A DNA stretch of 64,000 nt, from positions 19,406,001-19,470,000 of the forward strand of contig CM022672.1 of the NCBI GenBank assembly GCA_012295275.1, given 5' to 3'. The position numbers and the translations under genes were made by a program. The notes under the pieces are model-generated. The model had not been told where the DNA came from. It searched no databases and saw only the letters and a program-made list of their open reading frames with translations. Source of the stretch: Chrysomallon squamiferum (Eukaryota; Animalia; Mollusca). Shown in pieces: positions 52,199 through 64,000 of the stretch (its first letter is position 1; every line of letters begins with the position of its first letter).

Positions 52199-55100
52199 AA
52201 AGACAGAATCCTGACAATTATTGCTTATTTAACCTGTTCACCTTGTTTCTGAAATTTTAAGATCTGTCAAAACTGTTAGATCTAAGAAATTTTGTTTGAA
52301 TACTTATCATTTGAAAATGTCTTTTTGTTCAGATTAAAAAGGTTATTTCTTTCTATACATACATACATACATACATATATATATACATATATATATATAT
52401 ATACATTAACTTATTAAGCTTTGTCAAATCATTAAAAAAAACCCACAACAATAAAAGCTGACAACTCCAAAACTAAAATCATGTCAAAGCTGGCTGTTTA
52501 GCAGCAAGATGATCAAGTTAGGCGATATTAAAGTTCATTAGAGGGTAAACAGACTACAAGTAATAAGCTATAAGCCATGTTTACAGAAAATCCCAGGAGA
52601 AGGCTGCTAGTATCATGATGGTTTAATACAATAAACCACAGACTCAGAGGCTCTGCCATCTCAATGAAGCATCCTCTGTCCAACAGCATCCACTTTTAAC
52701 ATGGCTGACACAACAAATGTTAGGTTACATTTACATCAGCATGGGTCTTTAAGACCTGACACTTAGCTCATCACATTTGTATTATAAATTTGAAAGGAAA
52801 AAAAAATGTATCTGATGCAGTGAAAAGTGTTTACAAACAAAATGAAAGGATAGCTGTCAAAAATGAAAGAAAGATGAGAAAAAAAAAAAGGGTGTTTTAG
52901 TACTGCAGGGCAAACTGACTTGCTGAATGAAATAGAAACATGAACTAAATTCCTAAAACAAACAATGTAAAATATATTTATTTTTATTAAAATATTTGTA
53001 GGTATATTGGCATGTAAGTGTGTGTGTGTGTTTAAGTATGTATGTAACAACTATATACCATGTTTAATAGTTAATGTATTTTATTTATTAATTTTTTACC
53101 TTTTCAAGCAATGTACTATCTAAACACGTCTTTCAATAAATAAATAAAACTAATTTCTACAATAAATGAGTGTTCTGTATATTATCTTTCATCATTAGAA
53201 AATAATTTAATATTAAATTTCAGAAACTGAATGCAGTTTCACTACTTGTGAATATACAAAACTAACAAATTCAATATTTAAAGTTTAAAAGAAAGAGTAA
53301 GAAACTGGATACTGTTTAACTATTTGTAAATATTCATTTCAAAAATATAATAAACGGCAAATACATGCAAATGCACTGTATCTGTTTATCAGTAACAAGA
53401 AATGAAACAGTGGGTACAATACTGGAATGCAACAACAGGAAGATAGAGAAATCCAGATAAGAAACACCTGCAGTTGTAATTGTGGTTACCAACAGACCTG
53501 TACTTGGCTTTATTATGTGAGAAGTATGCAGATAAGGAAGGAGGTAAACACTTTATCACTTATTCAAGAATTCAAGTGCCAATTTAGATAAAAGATGTGC
53601 AGACAGAATGAACTGAGAATGAATCTGAATGCATGTGTTATTTGCCATTATCAGCAGATGACTTCTGGTACACATCCAGGAATCTGTAATTATTGGCATC
53701 ATAAAATAAATAAATCAGGCTCAGGATTTCAGCAGTGGCCACACTCCAGGGAGTAATTAATTAGAAAAATGTGGTTTTCTTATCTGTTATTAATGTGCCT
53801 TGCGCTTCATGTTCTACCACCTCGTATAATTTCAGTCTGTCGTAAACTATAGGTCGTTATCCATGTGTCTTTCTTTTATCAGTTAACTTTGATAAAGCAA
53901 TAAAGCCTGCAAACAGCATACATGCTTTTTAACGGTTTTTCTTTCATTTAATTTAAAATTTTTAATTAAACATATTATAAAAGTTTTTTTTAACTTTATT
54001 AATACTGTTACATTTTTGGATGCAGTATCTGAATGCTTAATTAGTGTTCAAGATGAAACCTGATTAATAAAAGCAAAAAAGAAAGAAGACACACTGCTTC
54101 TGTCAGATATAGTTTTCTCTTTCAATACAACAGTAGAAAACAGATAAAGAAAATAGTCCAAAATAATAATATAACGATGTGTAAGAACAGTTAATCCTGT
54201 TACTTACTGAAAACTGTTAAGAATGTGGATAATACGTTTGTGTGGTGACAGGCCAGTGATAAGCAAACTAATTAAATAAACTTAGTTTTTTTTCCTGCTC
54301 CATCAAGCCAGATCTGAATAATAACACAAATGAAAACTGAAGACTGCCTTTTCACAGTTTCATCAGGACCAAGTCCCAACAGTAATAAGAATTAACAATT
54401 ATGCTATATCTACAAATTAACATATCCCTGGAGTGGCATCTTATTCACTTTCTGAAGAATTATCACCATCAACACTATTGACCTTCTCAACAAAATTTTC
54501 TAATTTTTTAAATTTATTTATTAAGGGATCTGCATAAATCAACAACAGGCTTAATTTTATTGCTAAAAAGTTATACTGTCTCAAGGATTCATAAGAAAAC
54601 ACAAACTGGTTACTTCAAGATTTACTATGTCTAAACTAACTAAGACAAGTATTTTTCTCATCTGGGTTCTCATTTGTCCACTCCTCAGACATTCAGAGTT
54701 AAAAACACCTCTAACCCAATTTGATGAGTAGAAGAGTTATTTCTTCAGACACTGGGCAACACGAAACATCTGGATGACTTTGGATGACCTTCAGATACAA
54801 TCATTTGACCATTGTGAGATATTCTTGGGTGTAAGATTGTAATATTTACACTTCCAAACTCATTTAGTTGTTTTATATTTATAAAAATTGTTCTTTGTAA
54901 TTTGTACATTGTAAATGTAATACATCCAGTCTGGTCTAAATTTAAAGCAGATATTTTTGTTTTAGTTTATGCCAAAGTATAAAATGGGCCTGTTTCTTTG
55001 GAAAAATGCCAAATTTTTTCAGTACAATATGTCAGATTTATTGGAAAAAAAATACATCCAACAAAACTTGTAATGTTTATACAATGATCTGTTTGAAATT

Positions 55101-56211
55101 TTTCATCAAGAAAGTGTTAAAAAATATATATTAGTAGTTTGATACTGGTATTGTTAGTTAAGAGGAAGTATTTTTATCTTATAGTAACTGATAGTTATAA
55201 ACATATTTGCAAATAGTTTGCAAAAAAAACCCACTAAAAAACTTATAACAATTTCTTAAAGGATGGCAGTATAAATAGACGTATATTTATTCATTTATTT
55301 ATTCATCTTATTTTATTTATTATTATTATTATTAATTTTTTTTCATCAAATGAACTTTTTGGGGGGTATTCATAAAGTAAAAAAAAAAAAAACAAAAAAA
55401 CAATTAGGTAAAAAATTATAATAACTTTTATACTTTCTGAAATAAACTTTTCCAAACACTAATATATTTGGTTTTTTTTTTTTTTTGATGAAGTAAGGCA
55501 ACGCACGCAATGTGTGAAGCTTACAAAATTAATTTACACTTGATTTGTGAAAAATTGCTCTTGACTCTGTGGGTTATAATAAAATCTGATGAAATTTCTA
55601 TTGCAGTTTGAAAAAGTCACAATGACCTCAGAGGCAATTTTTGTTCTCATTACTACATTTGATTTATTCTGGTCAGTCACCTCCAGTCAACTGTTGTTAC
55701 ATTAGAAACTGAATTTACGTGAGATCTGCATGTAGCAATATTTCCTTTTTTATAAACACACAGAAAACATACACACAACCACACAGACACACACACAGAA
55801 CACATATGCACACATACGGATGAACACACACAACACATATGCACACAACCATACAGATACACACACACACAACACATATGCACACACAAACCACACATTC
55901 ACTTAGGCACATACACACTTGTGCAGATGTATATATACAGACACATTCACACAAACAGATATTCACTCACATACAACCACACACAAACAACACACCTGTA
56001 CATAGAAAAAATAAAACACACAGTACAGAATGGTGTTCAGTAATAAGCTGTTCACAGAATGTATTATTAACAACATTCCCACTGGGTTTCTTCTCTCAAA
56101 TTACCAAGGTTTAAAAACAATATGTCTGACACCTAATAACGGTTCGTGAGAAAATGGTTTGAGATTCATTAAATATTTATTCACATTATTATATATACAC
56201 TCCCACATATA

Positions 56212-56262
<51 letters not shown>

Positions 56263-57044
56263 ACAGACAAATACAAATTTTATGTAAAAATGACTGATCT
56301 TTTTTCTCTTTTTCTTTCAGTGCATTAATAATGTTGTGAAGTCAAATGACTTCATTGTTCCTTTTCCTGTTTTAACCACAAACATATAACTGGGTTAATG
56401 AATATCATCACATGTCATTTCCGGTATATGAGAAGGCACATATGCAAAAAAACCAATTGCTACTGTTTGAAAAAAGTACTGGATTTCTTTTGAACATGAA
56501 TTGCTAAAGGTTTGACATCCAAAAGCATATGATAAAAAAAAAATCAGCCAACACGTTCCAACAAAACTTTTTTTGTACAAATTTTTATTTATTTTGAATT
56601 TAATGAAAATGCTCTATAAATATAATTGTAACGTGTCAGCTGGCAAAACATGCATCTGTGTTACTTAACAAAATGTACCATCAGTTCTGAACACTCCTAA
56701 AAAAAAAAAAAAAAAAAAAATAACATCACAGCCAACCCTTCAATTCTGAAGGAAACCACTCTTCTAGATCTTTTGATTACCATCAGCCATAATGAAGCTG
56801 TGAAGACTCTCAATTTCGATTTTTTTTTTTTTTTTTTTAACATCAAGCAATTAGGGTAGATTTTTCTTTTTTTTTTAAAAAGAGGGGAGAAAAAAAAACT
56901 TGACACACTGATCCTTGAGCTTTATAGTTAGTCTGTCCAAAGCAATGCATTAAAAAAAGTATTACCTAACAGGAAACTGATTAACTGAGTTGCTGAAATC
57001 TGAACATGAATTTGAATTTGGTGACAAAGATTACTTTGATGATG

Positions 57045-57260
57045 ATGCATTACTTTAATGATGGTGCACGCTTTATTGATGGTTTACATACTTTAAATGA
57101 TGGTGCAAACTTCAATTATGGTGCATGGTGCATAACTTTAATGATGGTGCACACTTTTATGATGGATGGTGCGTATTTTAATGATAGAGCATTCTTTAAT
57201 GATGGAACATACTTTAATAATCTTGCATATTTTTACTGATGGTGTGTACACGTTAATGAC
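57045..57260. repeat. Degenerate ~20-24-bp minisatellite
   Basis: Recurrent tactttaatgatggtgca units. Confidence 0.8.
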
Positions 57261-59284
57261 TGTGCAGACTTCTGAGGAATGGTTTGCAGAAAGCAATCTA
57301 AGTGAAGTGTTGCCATGGCAGAAAATGAAACCCAAGGTGGGTCATCACCAACGAGAATTTACATCATTGTCATCTGTGCAAGTATATAACAGACAGAGCT
57401 GGGATCATTCCCAGCTCATTTCCCATCAATCAGGGAACTGACAAGCAGTTCCAGTTACCAGGAACTGGGTCAAAGTTAAGAGTTATTTATTGCTTGATGT
57501 CTCTCTGGTGGTTACATGTATAAATAAATCTGTCTGCTTGGATATCTTATTAATGACTGTCGCTTCACTTTTCTTCAGATGGAGCATTTTATTCAGTTTT
57601 AAGAGAACCAAATTCTGATTTCTTCTCCAAAATAGGTTTTGATAGTTTAATGTTGTCGTCTTGCTGGAGTTAATATGCTGAAATATTCCTGATAAAACTC
57701 ATTTTCTGAATAAGCTATATATATATATATATATATTAATAATCATAAATTAGACAATATAAAAATATAAATCAGTAAGTGTTTCAAATCAGATTTGATA
57801 GCCTAGCTGTGTCTTGCTGTTAGAACTAATATGGAGAAATATTCTAGTAAAAATTAATTTTCATTCTGAAGGTATAAATTTATTTTAATATTCAACTATT
57901 ACCATAGGATGTTTCCATTTTTTTTCTCATTTTTTTAAAAATTATTTCTAAATCTGTAAATAACAATAACTGTTTCATAATAGGTTCGACAGTCTTAAAC
58001 AAAATATTTCTCAATTTAATAACAAAATATTAAACAAAAATTAGACAATTTAAAAAATTAAAAAAAGTAATTCTAAATCTGATCAATCACTTAATAGCCC
58101 AAAACTTGTTAATTAAAACAAAAACTGTAACTAACATTTTTCTTTTATTGGTCATTAACTTAATTCTTATCATCTTGAAAATGAGAGTTTTTTGGGTGGT
58201 TTTTGTTTTTTTCCAGACATTTCATCACGGATGCTTGGTCTGGTACTTAAATCTGACTGGTTTGAATCAGCTGCCAATCCAATCACTAATCTGTGTAGTG
58301 ACAGCGGCAAGCTTTATGCAGTCATCTGTATGACAGTTTACATATCTGATAACAATCACTGCTGCAAACGGTAAGGCTCCTTCAATGCAGAAGCACTGGA
58401 TGACGTCTGCTAGGTTCACCGAGGCCTGTACCTTAATCCTGTTTTGTTATATAACAACATGAACATTAGTTCCTGTCTGTTTAGCTATCAATATTTATTA
58501 CCGTCAATTAGTACACTTGAATTAATTTAACAAGCTGCGTAATTAGCCAATCAATACAAAGCAATTGTGTAAAATAATTTTACTTTACGTAGCTTCTAAT
58601 TTATGTTTTGTTCACAATATTTAGCAATTAATATTTTAGGTGAATTTTTTTTTTGTGTCTTTTTTTTAATTTAGATGAATAATCAAAATGCATAAGTACT
58701 GATTAGTGTGATAAAGATGTAAATGAGTGCATACAAGGTATCTCTGTGTGATTGATTTTACACAAATCAAACATTACTTGTGTGCTTTGTCAGGCATTTC
58801 ATTAACAATTATAAATGATCATTAACCATTAACTATGATATGCTTGTTATATTCTAAACAACATACATAGACACAGACTTATGCACATAATGTTCTAAAC
58901 AACACACATATAGAAATGTGCTTTATGTTCTATACAATACACATATGCAGAGATGGATGTTATGTTCTGAACAACATACCCACACAGAGATACACATTAT
59001 AAACAACACACATACACAGATATTCACATTAACTTCTAAATACCCACATGAAATGTTAGCAGTAATGTTCACACACACCAGTATATAGAATTCTTCTGAA
59101 TATGATCTAAGAGTTAAAACGTCCACATTTAATGAATAGCAATAATCCACAATAAAGAATCAAATGTAAATACAGGCATACAAGGAAGTAAATGGTTAAA
59201 ATGAAAGCTACAAATTTAAGACATGAATATAAACAAATCAGTATTTCAAATAAATTTTAAAATTTTAAAATTATGAAAACTTAC

Positions 59285-59356
59285 TCTTATTCTTCTCATG
59301 GCAGCAACAATTTCCACTCTGCTACTGGGACGGGGTACATCCAATGTTCCAATATA
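59285..59356 (-). CDS. NOS1AP: NOS1AP/CAPON-like exon (start of PTB domain); upstream exon(s) outside the window
   Basis: YIGTLDVPRPSSRVEIVAAMRRIR; 72 nt, AG/GTAAGT boundaries. Confidence 0.95.
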
Positions 59357-59391
59357 CTGCAAGAACAAAATTACAACATCATGGTAACCAT

Positions 59392-59938
59392 ACACATTTA
59401 GATACAATCTGTAACTACAGTATTAGATATCATTTCTTTTACTGTACAGTATTAGATATCATATCTATAACTGTACACATTTATATATAATCTATAGCTG
59501 TACAGTATTAGATATCATTTCTATAACTGTACAGTATTAGATATCATATCTATAACTGTACACATTTAGATACAATCTGTAACTACAGTATTAGATATCA
59601 TTTCTATAACTGTACAGTATTAGATATCATATCTATAACTGTACACATTTATATATAATCTATAGCTGTACAGTATTAGATATCATTTCTATAACAGTAC
59701 AGTATCAGATATCATATCTATAACTGTACACATTTAGATACAATCTGTAACTACAGTATTAGATATCATTTCTGTAACTGTACAGTATTAGATATCATAT
59801 CTATAACTGTACACATTTATATATAATCTATAGCTGTACAGTATTAGATATCATTTCTATAACAGTACAGTATCAGATATCATATCTATAACTGTAAACA
59901 TTTAGATACAATCTGTAACTACAGTATTAGATATCATT
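59392..59938. repeat. Higher-order tandem repeat: 168-bp unit of six 25-29-bp monomers, ~3.3 copies
   Basis: a(c/a)acatttagatacaatctgtaact recurs at 59392, 59560, 59728 and 59896 (spacing 168). Confidence 0.95.
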
Positions 59939-60112
59939 TAGGTAATGTTACTTGTAACTGGTACATCATATTATAGCAGTAAATAAAACTGGTATACCTA
60001 TACGTACAATGCTAATATTTATATGAATAGTAAAAGAACAGAAACTGTTTAATGTTTTGTTCTTGAAAAGGAATCTTCAGTTATGACATAGGTTAAGCAT
60101 TTAATTTAATAT

Positions 60113-60260
60113 CTGGGTGTGGATGTAGCATAATGGTTAAAGCACTGGCGACCATAGAGGTATTTACAGTTATAGCCATTACACTTGTATAACTTGGATG
60201 TAACTGTCTGTGAGAAGATATACACAAAATATTATATGCTGCTAATTCAAAAGAATAGAT
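60113..60260 (+). mobile_element. Degenerate tRNA-derived SINE (head with A-box)
   Basis: gggtgtggatgTAGCATAATGGttaaagc (Pol III A-box), followed by ctgtctgtgagaag...tgctgctaattcaaaagaatag. Confidence 0.5.
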
Positions 60261-60806
60261 TTTGCCAGAAGTTTTATTGGTTTTTATTTTTGTTTTTTAT
60301 ATTATCATTTACACAGAAAAGTTATACGTAAAATATCTAATAATTTTTTTTATTATTTCTGTATTATAAAAAGAGTTATAAATTTATTGCCTTTCCATCA
60401 GAATTAGAGTATTTTTCTGGGTTAATTAACCAAACAGTAATTTCACCAATTAATAATAATAAAATTTGAAAACAATTATATAGATAATTGAATTTCAGGT
60501 ACTTAAAACTGAGAAAAGATGTATAAAATGTATTAGCCATATCAGTAGAAAGAAAAATAAACTGAAAAATAAACAAGAAAAAGTATCAGACAAACAGACA
60601 TTAACCCAGATGAGTTAAGTCCATCAGTAGTCATCAGTTCGCATTCAGCCAATGATCCACTGCCAAGTTCAAATTAGTTTCTCATCAATTCATTAGGAAA
60701 AATAGGGGGAAAATGGAAATGTCATTTCTTTGAGAAGTCAACAGAAACTAACATTTTGGTTTCAAGTAGAAGTCTATTTCTATTATATAATTGATTATAC
60801 ATATGA

Positions 60807-60846
<40 letters not shown>

Positions 60847-63800
60847 GTTATCGTAATTCATAATCTTAAGAGAATCTGTCAAAAGTTTTATTTTCAGTGT
60901 TGATTTTGACATAGTTAAATTTTCCATTATATTACAAGAATATAGGACTCCAGATGTATAGAATAACAACAACAGAAAAATAAATAAATAAATAAATAAA
61001 TAAATAAAAATATTTTTAAAAAGGAATAATAAAAATAAAAGAACAATTACACATCTGATCACAATGAAAAAGAAGGTGCATTATTCTTTTCACCTGGTTG
61101 TACTAATAGCATAAAATTTACATATAATACTGTACAATTATCTTAATAAGCTAATACACACACAAACACAGAAACACACACACACACACACACACATCAG
61201 ATATTTAATTTGTATGGTAATAATGTATTTGTCAAGTTAGATTTTTATTTATTTAATTTTTTTTGAAAACATTACAATATCACTACTGGTGCATTTTCTG
61301 TTCTAGGCAAGTCAAATAAAAATCACTACTACATCTGTCGTGAATTGTGTTTGCTGTACACACAAATTAATCAGTTGTGCTTTACATTCTGTCTGTCAAA
61401 GCGTTACCAATTCCATTTAATTATTGCCACAGAACTATTTGCTGATAGGCATTTTCTGTCACTAATAACAAAACTGTTATTCAGTCTGGAAACTATAAAC
61501 ATGTATTCTCTGTAGGCAATGAACTAATGAATGTCTTTTTTTTTCTCTTTTTTATTTTTATATTTTTTTTTGAAAACAAAAATGAAGAAAAGACGTGGCC
61601 ATTTTCTGGGGTTTTTAGGGATTTTCCTGTAGACTAATGCGAACTGTAAGCAACACTTTAGATAAATGTGCTGGCATCATAAACCACGGTTCAGTCCATC
61701 AGAAGTAATTTGTATTTACATGTCTTGTGGTTACAGCTCTTAGTACGTAATGCAGTTAATACATGTTGAAAGATGTTTAGGCCACGCAAACAATGATTTT
61801 TAATTAGTTCCAACAAGTACGAAGCTGCAACAGCAGCTGCAGCACTTCTGCTTGGTCAGTCTTCATTAGCTATTTCACACATCACGAACTTTCATTAATT
61901 CCATGATGTTTCAACGGTGCGCACACTGCTTTGCTTACACATCAGTGTAAATTACCAAACCACTCTTTGCATCAATGCAATCAACAGATTTAAATGCCTA
62001 TATCGCAACTGTCAGCACTACACAAGAGTTTTATCAATCATAAACTAGGCAGAATAACGAGCCAATCGATGAACACATTTCACCATGCTCCCACTTAATT
62101 CCAAACAAAAATGTCTAAAAGAAATTAACTCAGATGAGAAGATTTTTTTATTTTATTTTATTTTTTTTATATAATATATATATAGAAGAAGAAGAAAAAT
62201 GTCCATTTAGAAAGAGAAAGATTCATGTTTTTTTCTTTATCCCTTTGGATATTGCTGACTGCATGTGGCCAATATCATTATCTCTGCTACGTGACAGACA
62301 GACAGACACTCGGGGAAGGTGTGAAGAAAGAGAAGTGAGGAACTTGGAAGAGAATATCAGTTTTATTGTGTGCAAGACTGTTCCGAGATCGGTGCATGTT
62401 TCTGACAGTATCTGCAGTTCTCATTACCACAACACTGATCAATGGAAGAAACAAATGAATGGTTCATAAAACAAACATCAAAATTACATAACATCGGCAT
62501 CTTTACTGGTGGAACAGGAAAAGGCTATTAATCAACCCAAATATTACTCCTGTGTTTTTTTTTGTGGATATTTACAAGTTTAATGGGGCAAGAAATTCAG
62601 ACAAGTTATCCATTAAAATAACCTTTACATTTCTGGGTGAAAATTATTCTGCATGATGCAGAAATTAAAATACATTTTAAATGATGTCAAATAGAGACAA
62701 AAATGCTGGTTCAAATTTAGAAGATAACAGTAACCAAGAATAAGAAAGGGAAAGTTGTAATACAGTAGCAGCATTCACATAAACAAACTTGGAGACATGA
62801 ATTTTAACTTGATTCCTTTGCAGACACTCCAAAAAGAAGAAGAAGAGAAAAAAGAAAAAGAAAATAAACAATCACCACAACCAACGACTTCAAATTGAAA
62901 CTCTTGTTTGGATTCTAATTTAACTTAATTTTTTTTTTTTTTTTTTTTTCAATGCTGATACCATTTCCTTCCTTCTTATTTCAGCAATCAATATATCATC
63001 ATGCACTGTTCATTTCACTAACATCTACATCACTCATTAACGTAACCACGTTATAAAACAATTTAAAAAAAAAAACATCACAGTTTAAGAATACATCACA
63101 ATCACAGACATTGCTCTACAAAAGATATGATTTTTGTTACAAGACTGGCAAAACGCCAAAGCAGTAAAAGCCATCTGCAGTTTAGCACAGCAGATAAAAG
63201 ATTTTTCAAGTAACACACAAGAAACCTTATATTGACATTAATGGGCTGTGGCATGCAAAAGATCCTCTCCTCTGTTTGGAAATAACTCGATAAACTGCAC
63301 CCACATTCTGCAGCAAAATCTATTACACAAATGTTATTGCATTATCTCATAACCAAACATCAGCAGCCACCGATGTGCCCGTAATAATAATTTAAAAAAA
63401 TAAAAAGTGAAAAATGAAAGAAGAAGCTTGTGATCAAGAAACTGCAGGGTAAAATGTCTGTGAGCACTTCCAGCAGACTTGGTACTTGCAACATATTAAA
63501 GACAGAATATGATTAAACATCTTTTAGAGACTAAAATTAAAAATGTCTTTGTTTTTACAAAAACTAAAGATAAAAGTTTTTCACTTAAATCAGAAGGATG
63601 AAAGAAATATTAAACATTACATATAATTCAATATCTTAAATCGTTTTCAAAGTTTTTAAAAAGAAACTTTGTCAATGTTCAATGGAACATTTCAAAAACA
63701 ATTTTTACAAGGTGAAACAAAATTCATGCAGTTTGCATATATTAAAAATATAAAAATGACAAAAAAAAGTCATGAACATTATAAAGCTAATGGCTGGAAG

Positions 63801-64000
63801 TCAAATTTTCTCAGTTTTTTTTTTTCTGTGAAAACTCAAGAAAACTGAGGATGAAGTGTAAGAAGTTCATAGTTTAACTGATAAATGATACAGGTTTTTA
63901 TCAGACTTCACAACAAAAGTAGACACTTCAAAGATCAAAACATACCTTAGATCTTATTTACAATGGACTTGATCTGTTTGCCAGAATCTTGCAAAAAGGC

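Noticed and set aside
59392-59938. ~29-bp repeats resembling a CRISPR array
   Set aside because: The intervening sequences are themselves repeat variants; there are no spacers or cas genes.
26003-62871. Numerous F/L/I/Y-rich or C/V-rich short ORFs in the track
   Set aside because: They are translations of poly-A/T, (CA)n, (AAT)n and (TAGTA)n tracts within CAPON introns.
63940-64000. Minus-strand donor aag|GTATGT as the missing CAPON upstream coding exon
   Set aside because: There are stops in all frames just before the donor and no similarity to the expected PTB-preceding sequence.

Overview
This is AT-rich, intron-containing animal genomic DNA. The gene content and SINE types suggest a mollusc, probably a gastropod; that assignment is inference. 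Left third: a decayed hAT transposon, then a mirror-symmetric cluster TRIM(+) / tRNA-Gly(-) / hairpin-rich core / tRNA-Gly(+) / TRIM(-). TRIM-A is RING-BB1-BB2-CC-NHL but is split by a -1 frameshift. TRIM-B is RING-BB1-BB2-CC with a C-terminal hydrophobic anchor. Decayed MULE transposases and several MITEs are interspersed. Right two-thirds: a minus-strand NOS1AP/CAPON (PTB adaptor) gene with 9 reconstructable, phase-consistent coding exons (about 632 aa visible; the first exon or exons lie beyond the window). The most notable hidden structure is in the CAPON intron at 31613-38852. It holds two mutually homologous, phase-0 candidate alternative first exons (MAVCLHKPSRMGKRK and MAVYVKQPRMGRK) plus a candidate 12-nt microexon, which could produce PTB-truncated, possibly lipid-anchored isoforms. 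Most short ORFs in the supplied track are low-complexity or antisense artefacts. No database searches were run; all calls come from reading the sequence.
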